From IMG/VR virus record IMGVR_UViG_3300025930_000008, positions 32,001 through 96,000 of that record: a DNA stretch of 64,000 bases; one strand, written 5' to 3'. The stretch is from a virus. Within the stretch, counting starts at the first letter, position 1, and each line of letters begins with the position of its first letter. The translations under genes and the position numbers were made by a program. Below are positions 45,206 to 55,100 of the stretch, in pieces. The notes under the pieces were generated by a model that did no database searches, was not told the DNA's origin, and was given only the letters and a program-made list of their open reading frames with translations.

Positions 45206-47047
45206 TTATCCAATATTCCGGGCTGCTCGTAAGTTTCGTACCTCAATAGGACCCGTATAACTTTCTCGACGGATAATCTCCAATCGTAAGCCACGGGTAA
45301 AGGGGATAGCTCCTAAGCTGTCTGTGAATGTTAGCGTAGTGGTTTGCCAGCCATTATTATCTAGGTCGTTACCAGCGATATAGTTGCTATATGGCTCCAC
45401 CGGAGTGACTGGTATCCAAATTGATTCATCGCCTCCATCACTGGCATCAAAGTACACGTTTACCGTGACTGGCTTACGACCAATCTCAAAACTCAAATAG
45501 TTGGTTGCACTGACTTGCTCAAAGTCTATAACGATCCATTCGTCATCCTGCTGAGCCACAGATATCCACTCTTGATCGCCAATGTATCGAATCGGTGGCA
45601 CGCCCGGTAGCTTGGTGTAGTCCTGTGGATAAACGCCGTTGACGAAACTGTTGACGGCTCCATTTTGTGTCTGTGTGGCTGACGTGATAAACAGAGGCTC
45701 ATCATAATCTGCCAGAACACGGTTGGCATTGAGTGGATTAGACGAAGTAACGGCTTGGCTGATGTTATGCCAGCCTGTGTAATGGTATTGGTAGTCTTTA
45801 GCGATACGAGGCGCTTCCTTTTCCACCTCCTGCTCAACCCAATAGATGGCATTTGGTGCAGGCCAGATGACTCGCGGGTTGCCAGATACGAAGCGGACAA
45901 CCTCTGTATACTCAGAGGATGAGTAAGCGTCAGACCAGTTATTACGCTCCCTCAAACCGGGAGAGCTACCCACTGTCATAATGGTCGTCTGTGACCTGAT
46001 ACGGTCAACAGCGCCTTGTAGATTCCACAGGCTCTTAGGTGAAATGTTGACAATCTCGTCAATAGCCTCTCGGCCTCCTACGCTTGTCGTCACCTTAAGA
46101 AAGGACGGGGTACCATTGGGCGTAATCAAAGACTCAGACCCCGACTTAAGCTCTGGCACGTCCCTATCCGCTAGGCTCCTGACGAATCTTACTTTCCAAG
46201 GGAGGACAGGGCCAGGACCACCGGTGACTTCCACATTTCCAGCACCGATGGTTGGGATGGCTTCTAATGCTAAACGAATTTGATCGCTAGTGGCGGTGAC
46301 TGGAATTGAGGACGTGGTGACTGGACCCGTACCATCGTCATATGTGTATGGATAGTTAGCAGAGTCTAGACTATTGTAGACTAATGTGAAGCTACCACTG
46401 ATGGGGAAATCAGGATCTATGGTGAAGGAAATGGTCTGTTCCTCTGACTGTCCAATCTCACGGCGCGGGAGGACTATCATTTCCTCTGTAGATTTGGTCT
46501 TGCCTAGATACTTTACACCTAGCGGATCATCAGAGTGAGTGTCAAAGAGATACTTGTAGTTCTCTACAATCTCTACGTCGTGCCCAAGGCCAGCCTTGGC
46601 GACCAACTTCATACCCATCGGGGTATTGCCAGCCCTCGCCCCATTGATATAGTCAAGCGCCCGGTTACGATAACGAGCGTTCTGTGACTTGATCTGCTCG
46701 TCTTGGTCCCTTGTTATTAGACCAGTATAATCTACATCGTAAATTTCATCAGCGATGCGCCCGAATGCAAACGGGTTACCAAAGAATGAGTCCAGATCGA
46801 AGGCGTCCAGACCCATTTCCTCTAGCGCAATGCGGGCGTCTAGCTGATTCTTACGTAGCCAATTGACCCCGGCGTCACCCAGCAGCACTCGCATGAACTT
46901 GTACAGATGCGAGTCTGCGCTTTTGGTATAAATCTCGTACGGGAAGTTCTCGATGTAATGGAAAACATCTTTGGCCCCCGTAAGAGGCTCGATGAGGTAA
47001 TTTTGCTTTACTACCTCGCTGTATGTAGGAACACCACTTACAGCCAT
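45206..47047 (-). CDS. Baseplate wedge protein
   Basis: Follows baseplate J; YRNR...GNT..G motif. Confidence 0.6.
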   Translation of the reverse strand: MAVSGVPTYSEVVKQNYLIEPLTGAKDVFHYIENFPYEIYTKSADSHLYKFMRVLLGDAGVNWLRKNQLDARIALEEMGLDAFDLDSFFGNPFAFGRIADEIYDVDYTGLITRDQDEQIKSQNARYRNRALDYINGARAGNTPMGMKLVAKAGLGHDVEIVENYKYLFDTHSDDPLGVKYLGKTKSTEEMIVLPRREIGQSEEQTISFTIDPDFPISGSFTLVYNSLDSANYPYTYDDGTGPVTTSSIPVTATSDQIRLALEAIPTIGAGNVEVTGGPGPVLPWKVRFVRSLADRDVPELKSGSESLITPNGTPSFLKVTTSVGGREAIDEIVNISPKSLWNLQGAVDRIRSQTTIMTVGSSPGLRERNNWSDAYSSSEYTEVVRFVSGNPRVIWPAPNAIYWVEQEVEKEAPRIAKDYQYHYTGWHNISQAVTSSNPLNANRVLADYDEPLFITSATQTQNGAVNSFVNGVYPQDYTKLPGVPPIRYIGDQEWISVAQQDDEWIVIDFEQVSATNYLSFEIGRKPVTVNVYFDASDGGDESIWIPVTPVEPYSNYIAGNDLDNNGWQTTTLTFTDSLGAIPFTRGLRLEIIRRESYTGPIEVRNLRAARNIG

Positions 47048-49185
47048 TACGAGCTAGTCCATGTGTTCTGAGCGCGAGTCCTGATGAGGATGCCCGGTAC
47101 GGCGCTCCACACACGCGCTACCTGACCGTCAATGTCTGCCTCAGTATTGAGCGTAGCCAAACGAGGCATTTCGTCATCCTTGAGGAAGAAGTCGTTATTG
47201 ATAACATACTGTGAACCAGTACGTGGAGCGCCTTCGCGCTCTGTTTCTACGATACGCGGGGCGGTAGTCTCAGTGTTACCGGGAGTGTCTGAGGACCAAC
47301 GAACATTGTCTACGCCTGACACAGCATGGATAGCCTGTAGGATATCTGACAACTGAATTACGTTGCCGAAATACTGACTGTCAAAGAAGTTATCTACAGC
47401 GGTCTTGACAGCAGCGTTCACCGCTGATGGGTTAGAGCCAGAGCTATACATGACCGTGATATCTAGTTTGAAGTAGCGCTCCCTAGCACGGTGGACTAGA
47501 ATGTCTGTGGTGACCTGCTTAGCGGCTTCCAAGGCAGCCTGTAGGTCCACGATGTTCTTGTCGTAAATATAATTAGAGACTTCAATCGGGGTATACTGCG
47601 GGAACCCAGAAATGAGCGGACCAGTCCTCCCCAAATCTCCTACGTTGATCGCGCCCTTGCCGGTCGTGGCATTCATATTCCACTCGATGCCGTTACGAGC
47701 GCGGATCGTTCCGTGTAGCTCCGTAACATCTTCTACGAGCCAGTAATGCTCACCCTCGTAATAAATGGCCGTCTGGCCTCCACCGGTGACCACAATCTCA
47801 GAAGGTAAGTCAACGGCAGGCTGCCAGAACATCGGGAAGAATAGATTACCTATGGTCGGGAGAACATCGGGTTGTCCCACGCGACGGTAACTGCCTGCAT
47901 AGTATTTGGTGGTGCTGGTATTGTTGAACGCTGCAACGGTCGAACTACCGGGCGATGGTAAGATGGTAGAAGCTACGGTGTCATTCGATCCGTCAATGAA
48001 TACGTCTACACAGTTGGAGATGTTGCGTGTCTTGTCATTCCTAGATGACACAGACATATAGCTATGCTCAAAGAGAACAATGTCTCCCCAACGGACAGCC
48101 GTTACTGTAGCATCGGTGCTTGGATCAATGACGTTTAGGAATGTAATGTTTGGCTTATACGCTGAGGTTGGGTCGGCTGGGTCAGGGCCGATATCAGGGC
48201 CAACGTCTACATTGTAATAACGGTGAGCGTCACCGCGATCCTTAGCAACAGTGGTGGTGTTCAGTCTGTAGTCAATACCCTCACGCCAGAATACCGTGGC
48301 CGTTCCTGTGTTACCGTTACTGACGAAGTTAGGCACCTCGGTGTAGGTATACTTAGAGTAAGGAATAGTTGATAGGGCGGTTGTCCATTCGTTGGAATTA
48401 CCACCACCAGCTTCTAGAGCAGGGCCTACTCCTGTATTGACATTGATAGACTGAGAGTCATCCCCAAGAGGTACCTGTAGATATTCACGGTACCGACTGA
48501 TAGGGCCAACTACGTTGACCTTCTTTGTGAAGGCGGCTGATAACGCGAGCGCGATGTACTGATCCTGCGTTCCGGCGAGGTTACGGAATACGGTGTTTTT
48601 GAACCGTACCTTGAGTTGGTCGTCGTCCTCCCCGTCGATCCCGCCCGTGATCGGCGCGGCGTTGTTGATGGTTTCGATGCCAAAGATTGCAGTAGCTGCA
48701 TTTGTCGTGACCGCTCCTGCTGCAACATTTCCCGTACTTCCCGCGTAAATAGCTTGTACAGGAGCCTGGACCGTCGTTTGGCCTGCCAGGAGAGTAACGT
48801 CGAAAGTGGTTTCGTAGATAACGTCCACGACGCCATCGAAGGAAGTCGTGACTCCCGGAGCCATAACCTGAGTGCCCGCCGGTATACGGATATCGTTACC
48901 CGACGTTGTTGCCCGTCCAAAGTCAACGAAACCTGTACTCTTGACGGCTTGTTGGCGTCCGAACCCAAATAGCGCAAGGAAGTTATCGAGGTTTGATCCT
49001 GTTTTTGTGTCAATGTCCAGCGCTCCCTGTAACTGTGTAAGGTCGATCTGAGCGTCTGACAACGCAGAAGCTACAGAGTCAAGAATCTTACGTTCTGGTG
49101 TACCTACCTCCGCAGAGATAGATGGGTCCAGCATCCGTAGCTGGGCCAGCATTTGTACGACTAAATCTGCTTGTGTAACTGCCAT
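47047..49185 (-). CDS. Baseplate J-like protein
   Basis: LDNF...FG..R, IPAGTQV, GSTGNV, GGIDGEDDDQL. Confidence 0.9.
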   Translation of the reverse strand: MAVTQADLVVQMLAQLRMLDPSISAEVGTPERKILDSVASALSDAQIDLTQLQGALDIDTKTGSNLDNFLALFGFGRQQAVKSTGFVDFGRATTSGNDIRIPAGTQVMAPGVTTSFDGVVDVIYETTFDVTLLAGQTTVQAPVQAIYAGSTGNVAAGAVTTNAATAIFGIETINNAAPITGGIDGEDDDQLKVRFKNTVFRNLAGTQDQYIALALSAAFTKKVNVVGPISRYREYLQVPLGDDSQSINVNTGVGPALEAGGGNSNEWTTALSTIPYSKYTYTEVPNFVSNGNTGTATVFWREGIDYRLNTTTVAKDRGDAHRYYNVDVGPDIGPDPADPTSAYKPNITFLNVIDPSTDATVTAVRWGDIVLFEHSYMSVSSRNDKTRNISNCVDVFIDGSNDTVASTILPSPGSSTVAAFNNTSTTKYYAGSYRRVGQPDVLPTIGNLFFPMFWQPAVDLPSEIVVTGGGQTAIYYEGEHYWLVEDVTELHGTIRARNGIEWNMNATTGKGAINVGDLGRTGPLISGFPQYTPIEVSNYIYDKNIVDLQAALEAAKQVTTDILVHRARERYFKLDITVMYSSGSNPSAVNAAVKTAVDNFFDSQYFGNVIQLSDILQAIHAVSGVDNVRWSSDTPGNTETTAPRIVETEREGAPRTGSQYVINNDFFLKDDEMPRLATLNTEADIDGQVARVWSAVPGILIRTRAQNTWTSS

Positions 49186-49697
49186 TAGCTAGTAGTTATT
49201 ACGGCGGGTAGTTGGAGATTGAGAGTAGCCTCGGTGTTACGAGCGCTCTTAATGACTACGTTAACCCACAAAGAATCAGCGTTCTGAGTGAAATTGATCG
49301 CCGTTACGGCAGCAAGGATTTCACCGCCTGTCAGCGTGGATTTGTTGTACCGGTTCCTGTCTCGCGTAGCCCTATCGACCTGCATGCGCTGGTAAGCTGC
49401 GGCCACACGGCGTATCTCAGCTTCAATCTCCATGCGCACAAGCCTAATGTTGGTTTTACCGATCACCGAGTCAATCGGTTTGCCGGAAGCATCTACCCCT
49501 CCGTCGATAATTGAACCGTAGCTGGGGTGTAACGGGTCCTGCCCCATATGCTCTAGGAGCCAGTGGCTAAGGTCCTGAACCAACTTCTGCTCGTTAGAAA
49601 CGGTAGACAAAGAGGACCCGGTAAGAACCAAGTCCCCTCCTGGCCGTAAATACCCGTTCTCATCGCGGGTGCGTCTGACTTCCAGGGACCAACTCAT
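49185..49697 (-). CDS. gp25-like baseplate wedge subunit
   Basis: KLVQD...G.DPLHPSYGS upstream of baseplate J. Confidence 0.75.
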   Translation of the reverse strand: MSWSLEVRRTRDENGYLRPGGDLVLTGSSLSTVSNEQKLVQDLSHWLLEHMGQDPLHPSYGSIIDGGVDASGKPIDSVIGKTNIRLVRMEIEAEIRRVAAAYQRMQVDRATRDRNRYNKSTLTGGEILAAVTAINFTQNADSLWVNVVIKSARNTEATLNLQLPAVITTS

Positions 49698-50020
49698 TAT
49701 TCTGCGGGTGTATCAGGCGCAGGATCAGGCGCGGGTTCGGGGTCGGGCTTTTGCTTCGGCTTTGGCGGTGGTGGATCGTCGGGATTTGTTGGTTGTGGCT
49801 TAGGCGGTGGCGGGGTCGGATCAATAGGTTCTACTTGCTGTTCACTACGTACTGTAACACTCATGACCATCATTGCGTTGTAGCAACTTGGATGGAATTC
49901 ATAGGTGTCTGATACGTTCTGAGCCGTGGAACCATCGACCGTGACTGTTTGCACAGACATAGCCGTATAGTTGGAAGCGATTTCCTGCAAGCAGTAATCA
50001 CAGATTAGTTTATTGCTCAT
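49697..50020 (-). CDS. CxxC..HxxC protein with Pro-rich tail
   Basis: CDYC...FHPSC; PPPPKP repeats. Confidence 0.6.
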   Translation of the reverse strand: MSNKLICDYCLQEIASNYTAMSVQTVTVDGSTAQNVSDTYEFHPSCYNAMMVMSVTVRSEQQVEPIDPTPPPPKPQPTNPDDPPPPKPKQKPDPEPAPDPAPDTPAE

Positions 50021-50025
50021 ATCAA

Positions 50026-50211
50026 TTATGTCTCTAGGCTAGGCCGATTACCTGTAATGGTATCCTTGGCCTTGGCGAGAAAAGCCCGCTGACATTCAAT
50101 ATGGAAGTCAAGACCATCTTCGGCGATCATCGTTGCAGGGTCAGGCGTGGGCACAAGAGTGACACGTCCGTCTGTAATTGGATCACCGCAATAATCGCAT
50201 GTAGTTGCCAT
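50026..50211 (-). CDS. CxxC..HxxC protein
   Basis: CDYC...FHIEC. Confidence 0.6.
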   Translation of the reverse strand: MATTCDYCGDPITDGRVTLVPTPDPATMIAEDGLDFHIECQRAFLAKAKDTITGNRPSLET

Positions 50212-50212
50212 T

Positions 50213-50641
50213 TTATACTCCTTTCGTGTAAAACATCAAACCGCTAAATGTGTTGTTGGCGTCGCTAAAGAAGGCATTAGCCGCCACCGAATAATTCACC
50301 ATGCGGACCACATATGTTACGCCTTGAGTTAGGCTGGTCGCGCTTGTACCATAGCCCGCTGTAATCGTTCGATATTGGCTAAGGTCTGCCGAGGTAAATC
50401 CGTGTTCCATGTAACCACAAACGGCTTCATTGATTCGGAGTTCCATGTAATGCATACCTGCTACGTTAGTTGATCCTTGTCCAGTGATAGCGGCTGACCA
50501 CGAACCCGTTTTGGTTGGCACAAAATTCCATCGAACAATCTCTGCTGACGCAACCGATGCCTGCACATTAGCGGAAATGCGAGGGAGATAGACGACGGTC
50601 TGAGTAGCATCGTTTGTATCTGCGATGGTGATTCTTGCCAT
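50213..50641 (-). CDS. Small beta-sandwich tail protein
   Basis: Start MARITIAD via TAATG overlap. Confidence 0.55.
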   Translation of the reverse strand: MARITIADTNDATQTVVYLPRISANVQASVASAEIVRWNFVPTKTGSWSAAITGQGSTNVAGMHYMELRINEAVCGYMEHGFTSADLSQYRTITAGYGTSATSLTQGVTYVVRMVNYSVAANAFFSDANNTFSGLMFYTKGV

Positions 50642-51117
50642 TAGGTTATCCTCCCTAAATAGTTGCCCCAAAAGTAACTATAATGCGAACCACTAGAGAC
50701 ATTCTGGATAGTTGCATTACCGCCCGGCGTACCCTGGAAAATCAAGTTGAAATAATCGGTTGTGCCATTAGCGGTCACAATGGCCGAACCGCTTGCCGAT
50801 GGGTTCACGGCACCATTGGTTGCAAGACGACCCAATTCTGCAATTTGCCCGCCATTCCTTTGTAAGCCCAAAATAATATACTGTCCGGTAGCGATAGAGG
50901 TTGGAACGTTAATCTGCCCGCCAAGGTGCCAAGCTCCTGCGAGCAATGGGGTGAATCGTCCAATGTTGGTGGTTATATCAAACCAACCAGTAGTGTCGAT
51001 TACCTTAGTGTCAAATGGAATAGGCGTTGCCTGCACGTATGTCGTTAGCGCTGCCGTTCGACCGGCGAAAAAGGTTAGCCCTGTGGGCTGGATATCTGAC
51101 AAGTTTTTACGAGCCAT
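50641..51117 (-). CDS. C1q-like tail protein
   Basis: IPFDT...GRFT...G.W.L...NGTTDYF. Confidence 0.6.
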   Translation of the reverse strand: MARKNLSDIQPTGLTFFAGRTAALTTYVQATPIPFDTKVIDTTGWFDITTNIGRFTPLLAGAWHLGGQINVPTSIATGQYIILGLQRNGGQIAELGRLATNGAVNPSASGSAIVTANGTTDYFNLIFQGTPGGNATIQNVSSGSHYSYFWGNYLGRIT

Positions 51118-51572
51118 TATGCTGCTCCGATGTAATAGGCGGAGAACATCGACGCAGTAACAAAGTTGCCTGTTGCGCCAGAGTTCTGTGACGACGTAAC
51201 GGTTAATACATCGTTGGCAGCTAATACAATAGGCCCACTACAGTTGGCGAAGTAGTTGAATCCTACTGCGCTCATCAACGTCGATGCAGTGATTAATGTG
51301 CTTGATCCATTTTTGACCAGAGACGCAGACCAAGTAGATGCGCCTGCCGGGAGGACATTCAATACAGCCTGAATGGTTACATACCATAAGCCGGGGCGAT
51401 CTACAACTATACTTTGCCCGCTTGGGGTGTGGAAATTCCAGGGATCGGCAATTTCACTTGTCCATGTATGAGCGGGAATGCTGCCCGGGGCATAACTTTG
51501 GTTAGCCGAAATGCTCAAGATACAATACGGGAGAGCGGGGGCGCTAATCTCTGAGATAGGTCGAATAGCCAT
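51117..51572 (-). CDS. C1q-like tail protein
   Basis: DPWNFH...PGLWYV...LAANDVL...FSAYYIG. Confidence 0.6.
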   Translation of the reverse strand: MAIRPISEISAPALPYCILSISANQSYAPGSIPAHTWTSEIADPWNFHTPSGQSIVVDRPGLWYVTIQAVLNVLPAGASTWSASLVKNGSSTLITASTLMSAVGFNYFANCSGPIVLAANDVLTVTSSQNSGATGNFVTASMFSAYYIGAA

Positions 51573-52189
51573 TAGTTACCCGTGATCTTTCGGGGGGAAA
51601 GCATGATGAAAGTATTGCCACGATAATAGGTTCCAGCACTTGTGCCCATGAAAATTTGTACACAGAAAACACCAGAAGCCATAGTTGCCTTACGCCGACC
51701 AATGCCCGACCCCATCCATGTAGCGTTAGTATTTGCCGCACCGATCTGCCATAATGGATCGACACCGTTACTTGGATATGCATTGTTGACCATAGCGGGG
51801 ATGCCCGCACTAAAGTTAAGACCAATTACATAATTGACACCGGCCCCGGCAGCAAGAGACACACCCGCTCCCCACTCAACGATATAATCGCCTGATAGTG
51901 GAGCCGTAGCCACAGGATCGAAAGTTGTGCTAATGCTGGCCCATGCACTTAAGCTTAAACTTGCCGAACGGTTAACCGCGTCAAAGGCGTATACAGGCTC
52001 CTGTCGTCCTACTGGATACCAAGCCGAAGTGCCCGCATCATAGATCAATTGCCAATAAATTACTGTGGGATCAGCGGGCGTTACAGTCTGCGTAAATTTG
52101 TAATTCACGATCATGCCGTCTACCGGACTCGCCGGGAGCGAAGTCACCGTTGGGATGGGTCGATAATCAGATACGCTTCTACGTGCCAT
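51572..52189 (-). CDS. Tail protein paralogous to the long-fibre C-terminal domain
   Basis: Start MARRSVSD; LP...DG...W.L.Y...W..VG...PL.GD. Confidence 0.6.
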   Translation of the reverse strand: MARRSVSDYRPIPTVTSLPASPVDGMIVNYKFTQTVTPADPTVIYWQLIYDAGTSAWYPVGRQEPVYAFDAVNRSASLSLSAWASISTTFDPVATAPLSGDYIVEWGAGVSLAAGAGVNYVIGLNFSAGIPAMVNNAYPSNGVDPLWQIGAANTNATWMGSGIGRRKATMASGVFCVQIFMGTSAGTYYRGNTFIMLSPRKITGN

Positions 52190-55100
52190 TAGCCGACCCT
52201 CACAGGCATGACCTTCATCCAACGATTAGAATATGTGGGTGTAGATGAGTTGACGCCACCCGAATTGTTATATTGCATCTTTATAAGAGAGCTTGTAGCT
52301 ACAGAAGTTACTCGGGTATCACCATTTAGACCTTGGATACCGCCGAATACCGCGCCACTTGTTTCTGTGTATTGGTCTAAGACGAGGGGTGTACCTGCAA
52401 CAGTCGCAGCAATTGCATGATAAGCGTTTGCGCTAGCTCCCCATGAGCTAGTCGCGCCAGCGCTGATATCCCAATCACCGGCTAGAGGGGTTGTGTAAGA
52501 CGGACCAACAGAGGCGGTCAGGTCTGACCAACCACCTGTGGTGACAGCGATAGCGGCAGCGGTTGCAATAGCCACATAGATAGGAGAGCCACCAACGACT
52601 TCCCACTTATATGTTGATGCGCTTGATTGGTTATAACGTAGATGCCAAACAACGCCTTGCGCAGCCATAGTGGCATCTTGGAAATGAACCTCTAGACCAT
52701 CGCTGAGTCCTGTTGTTGGGAGAACGCTGACCTTGGCCGGGAGATTACCTGCGGGGCCGGGAGGTCCCTGAGGCCCAGCTAAAAGAGTTGATACTGAATC
52801 GGTGTCAAATTCAATAACGTCTAGTGATAGTGCCCCAGCGGCTGAGGCCGGGAAATCATTAAAGACTTGCCCGGAAGGATTGACGATTAGGCGTGCATAT
52901 GTACCACCGTTGTCGGTAGTAAACCAGGCGTTGAATGCCGGTCGATAGCCAACAGGCAGAGTAAAGATCACCGCATTGGTCGTTCCGCCCTTGACCAATC
53001 CGCGTACCTGAACTTTGCCTAGCGGGTCCTTACGGAAGGCCGCGCTTTGGTAAGTGCCAACCGTATGGTTTGTATATCCATTTTGGAATGCAGGTTCACC
53101 CGATCCACCGACAAGGTGCCAAGGGTCCATCGCTTGTTGGGTAAGCGTAACATTGCCTGGGCCTGAGCAAACAACAGTGTACTGATTTTGTGAAGGCGCA
53201 GGTGTAGCAGGATTGAATTTGACAGTAACTTGGTTGAGACTGTTACGTTCGATTTCTGCGGTAACCTCAGACCAGGGCGAATTAGTTTCGTAAACGCTGA
53301 CCGCGATATTACGAGTTGCCAAATTATGGTCAATAGCAAAAGTACGAGTAGCACCATCGCCAATGATCGTTGAAAATGAGGTACCACCGGGGACTCCCTG
53401 TGGACCAGCGGGGAGAGTGGTTACCGAATCTGTATCAAACTCGATCCCGTCAAGTGAAAGCAGCGTCGCCGTGGCATCGCCCCAGGCAAACACCGATCCA
53501 TCAGCGGCGATATTGACCTGGGTCCAGGCGGTTGATGTGTTTGAGGATCCATGTGGGTCGAACCGGAGTTGCTTTGGCGGGCGATAACCGGCAGGCAGAG
53601 TGAACATCACTGTGCCAGATGCTCCACCCTTTGCCGACCCCTCTATTTTGACTATACCATCGGGGTATTTACGGAATCGTGGCACCTGAAACGAGGCACC
53701 GGCATCGTAGGAAGTCCACGAGTTTTGGAATGCCGGTTCACCCGAATTACCAACAATATGCCAGGTGTCCATCGTCTGCTGAGTCAGGACAGCGCCCGGA
53801 CCATTGACAACAACTGTGTATTGACCTGTAGTTGGAGCGGCAGTAGCCGTGGCAGTACGGATCGTTAGAGTGTTCTGATCCGTGTATTCAATTTCAGCGG
53901 GGACATAGGCCCTAGGTGAATTGGTTTCGCGGACAAAAGCGTTGACATTCCAGCTAGCGAGATTGTGCGAGATAGTGAATACCTTGCTTGTACCATCGCC
54001 AAAAACCTGTGTATAGGATTGACCACCAGGAGGGCCAGCCGGTAGAGTTGTGACCGGTATATCTTCAGCTATGAATGAAAGACCATCAAGAGATTCCCAA
54101 CCACCTGACGCTGTGTTACCAACTGTGACACTGATAACACCCGTCGTTGCAATGTCAAGACGACCAGGGGTATTAGGTTCTCCATAACGGTTTCCTATAA
54201 TCAATGGGCCTGATGGACGATAGCCCGCTGGCAATGTAAAGAGCGTTGAGCTAGCTGCGGCGCTTGCTAAACACACACCCTTCAACTGCACAGTGCCATC
54301 AGGCAATTTACGGAAAGCCACGCCACCTGAGAATGCAGCCCAGCTAGTCCAGTTGGTACCAAAGGCAGGCTCTCCCGCCGTGCCAACGTAATGCCAAGAG
54401 TCAATAGTCTGTGAACTTACCGCCGCACCTGGCCCGGTAATGACGACCGTATATTGACCAGTCGTTGGCGCTGCTGAGGTGGCAGAAGTTTTGACTGTAA
54501 CAACGCTTGGAGTAGTACGCTCGACTTCAACTTCTACCTCTGAAAATGGTGAAGCCGTCTGGTAGCACGCAACATTGACATTACGTGTACCCATCCCATG
54601 GGTAAGCGTGAAAGTCTTAGAGGTACCATCACCGATAACTGCTGACCATGAATTTCCTGAGGTACCGGGAGGGCCAGCCGGAAGAGTAGTGACTGAATCG
54701 GTATCAAATTCGACGTTCATCAAATGCAGATTGGTTCCTGCACGAACGCCTGCCACTACACCTGTGTTATCAATGCTGATGAAATTGCCTGCCGCTCCAC
54801 CGTCGCCTAGGACGGGGAGGTATTGAAATGTCGGAGGCCGATATCCAGCGGGAAGTGTAAATACAGTTGTTCCAGTCGTACCACCTGAAATGGTCCCTCG
54901 CATCTGGACCTTGCCCAATGGGTCCTTACGGAATGACACCGGGCCATAAATACCACCAAAGCTAGTCCACGAATTCACAAATCCGGGTTCGCCTGCTGTA
55001 CCAACTACATGCCAAGGATCAAGATTCTGCTGAGTTATAGCCGCGCCAGGACCAGAGACTACGACTGTGTATTCATTCAGCGCGATAGGAGCTAAACCAG

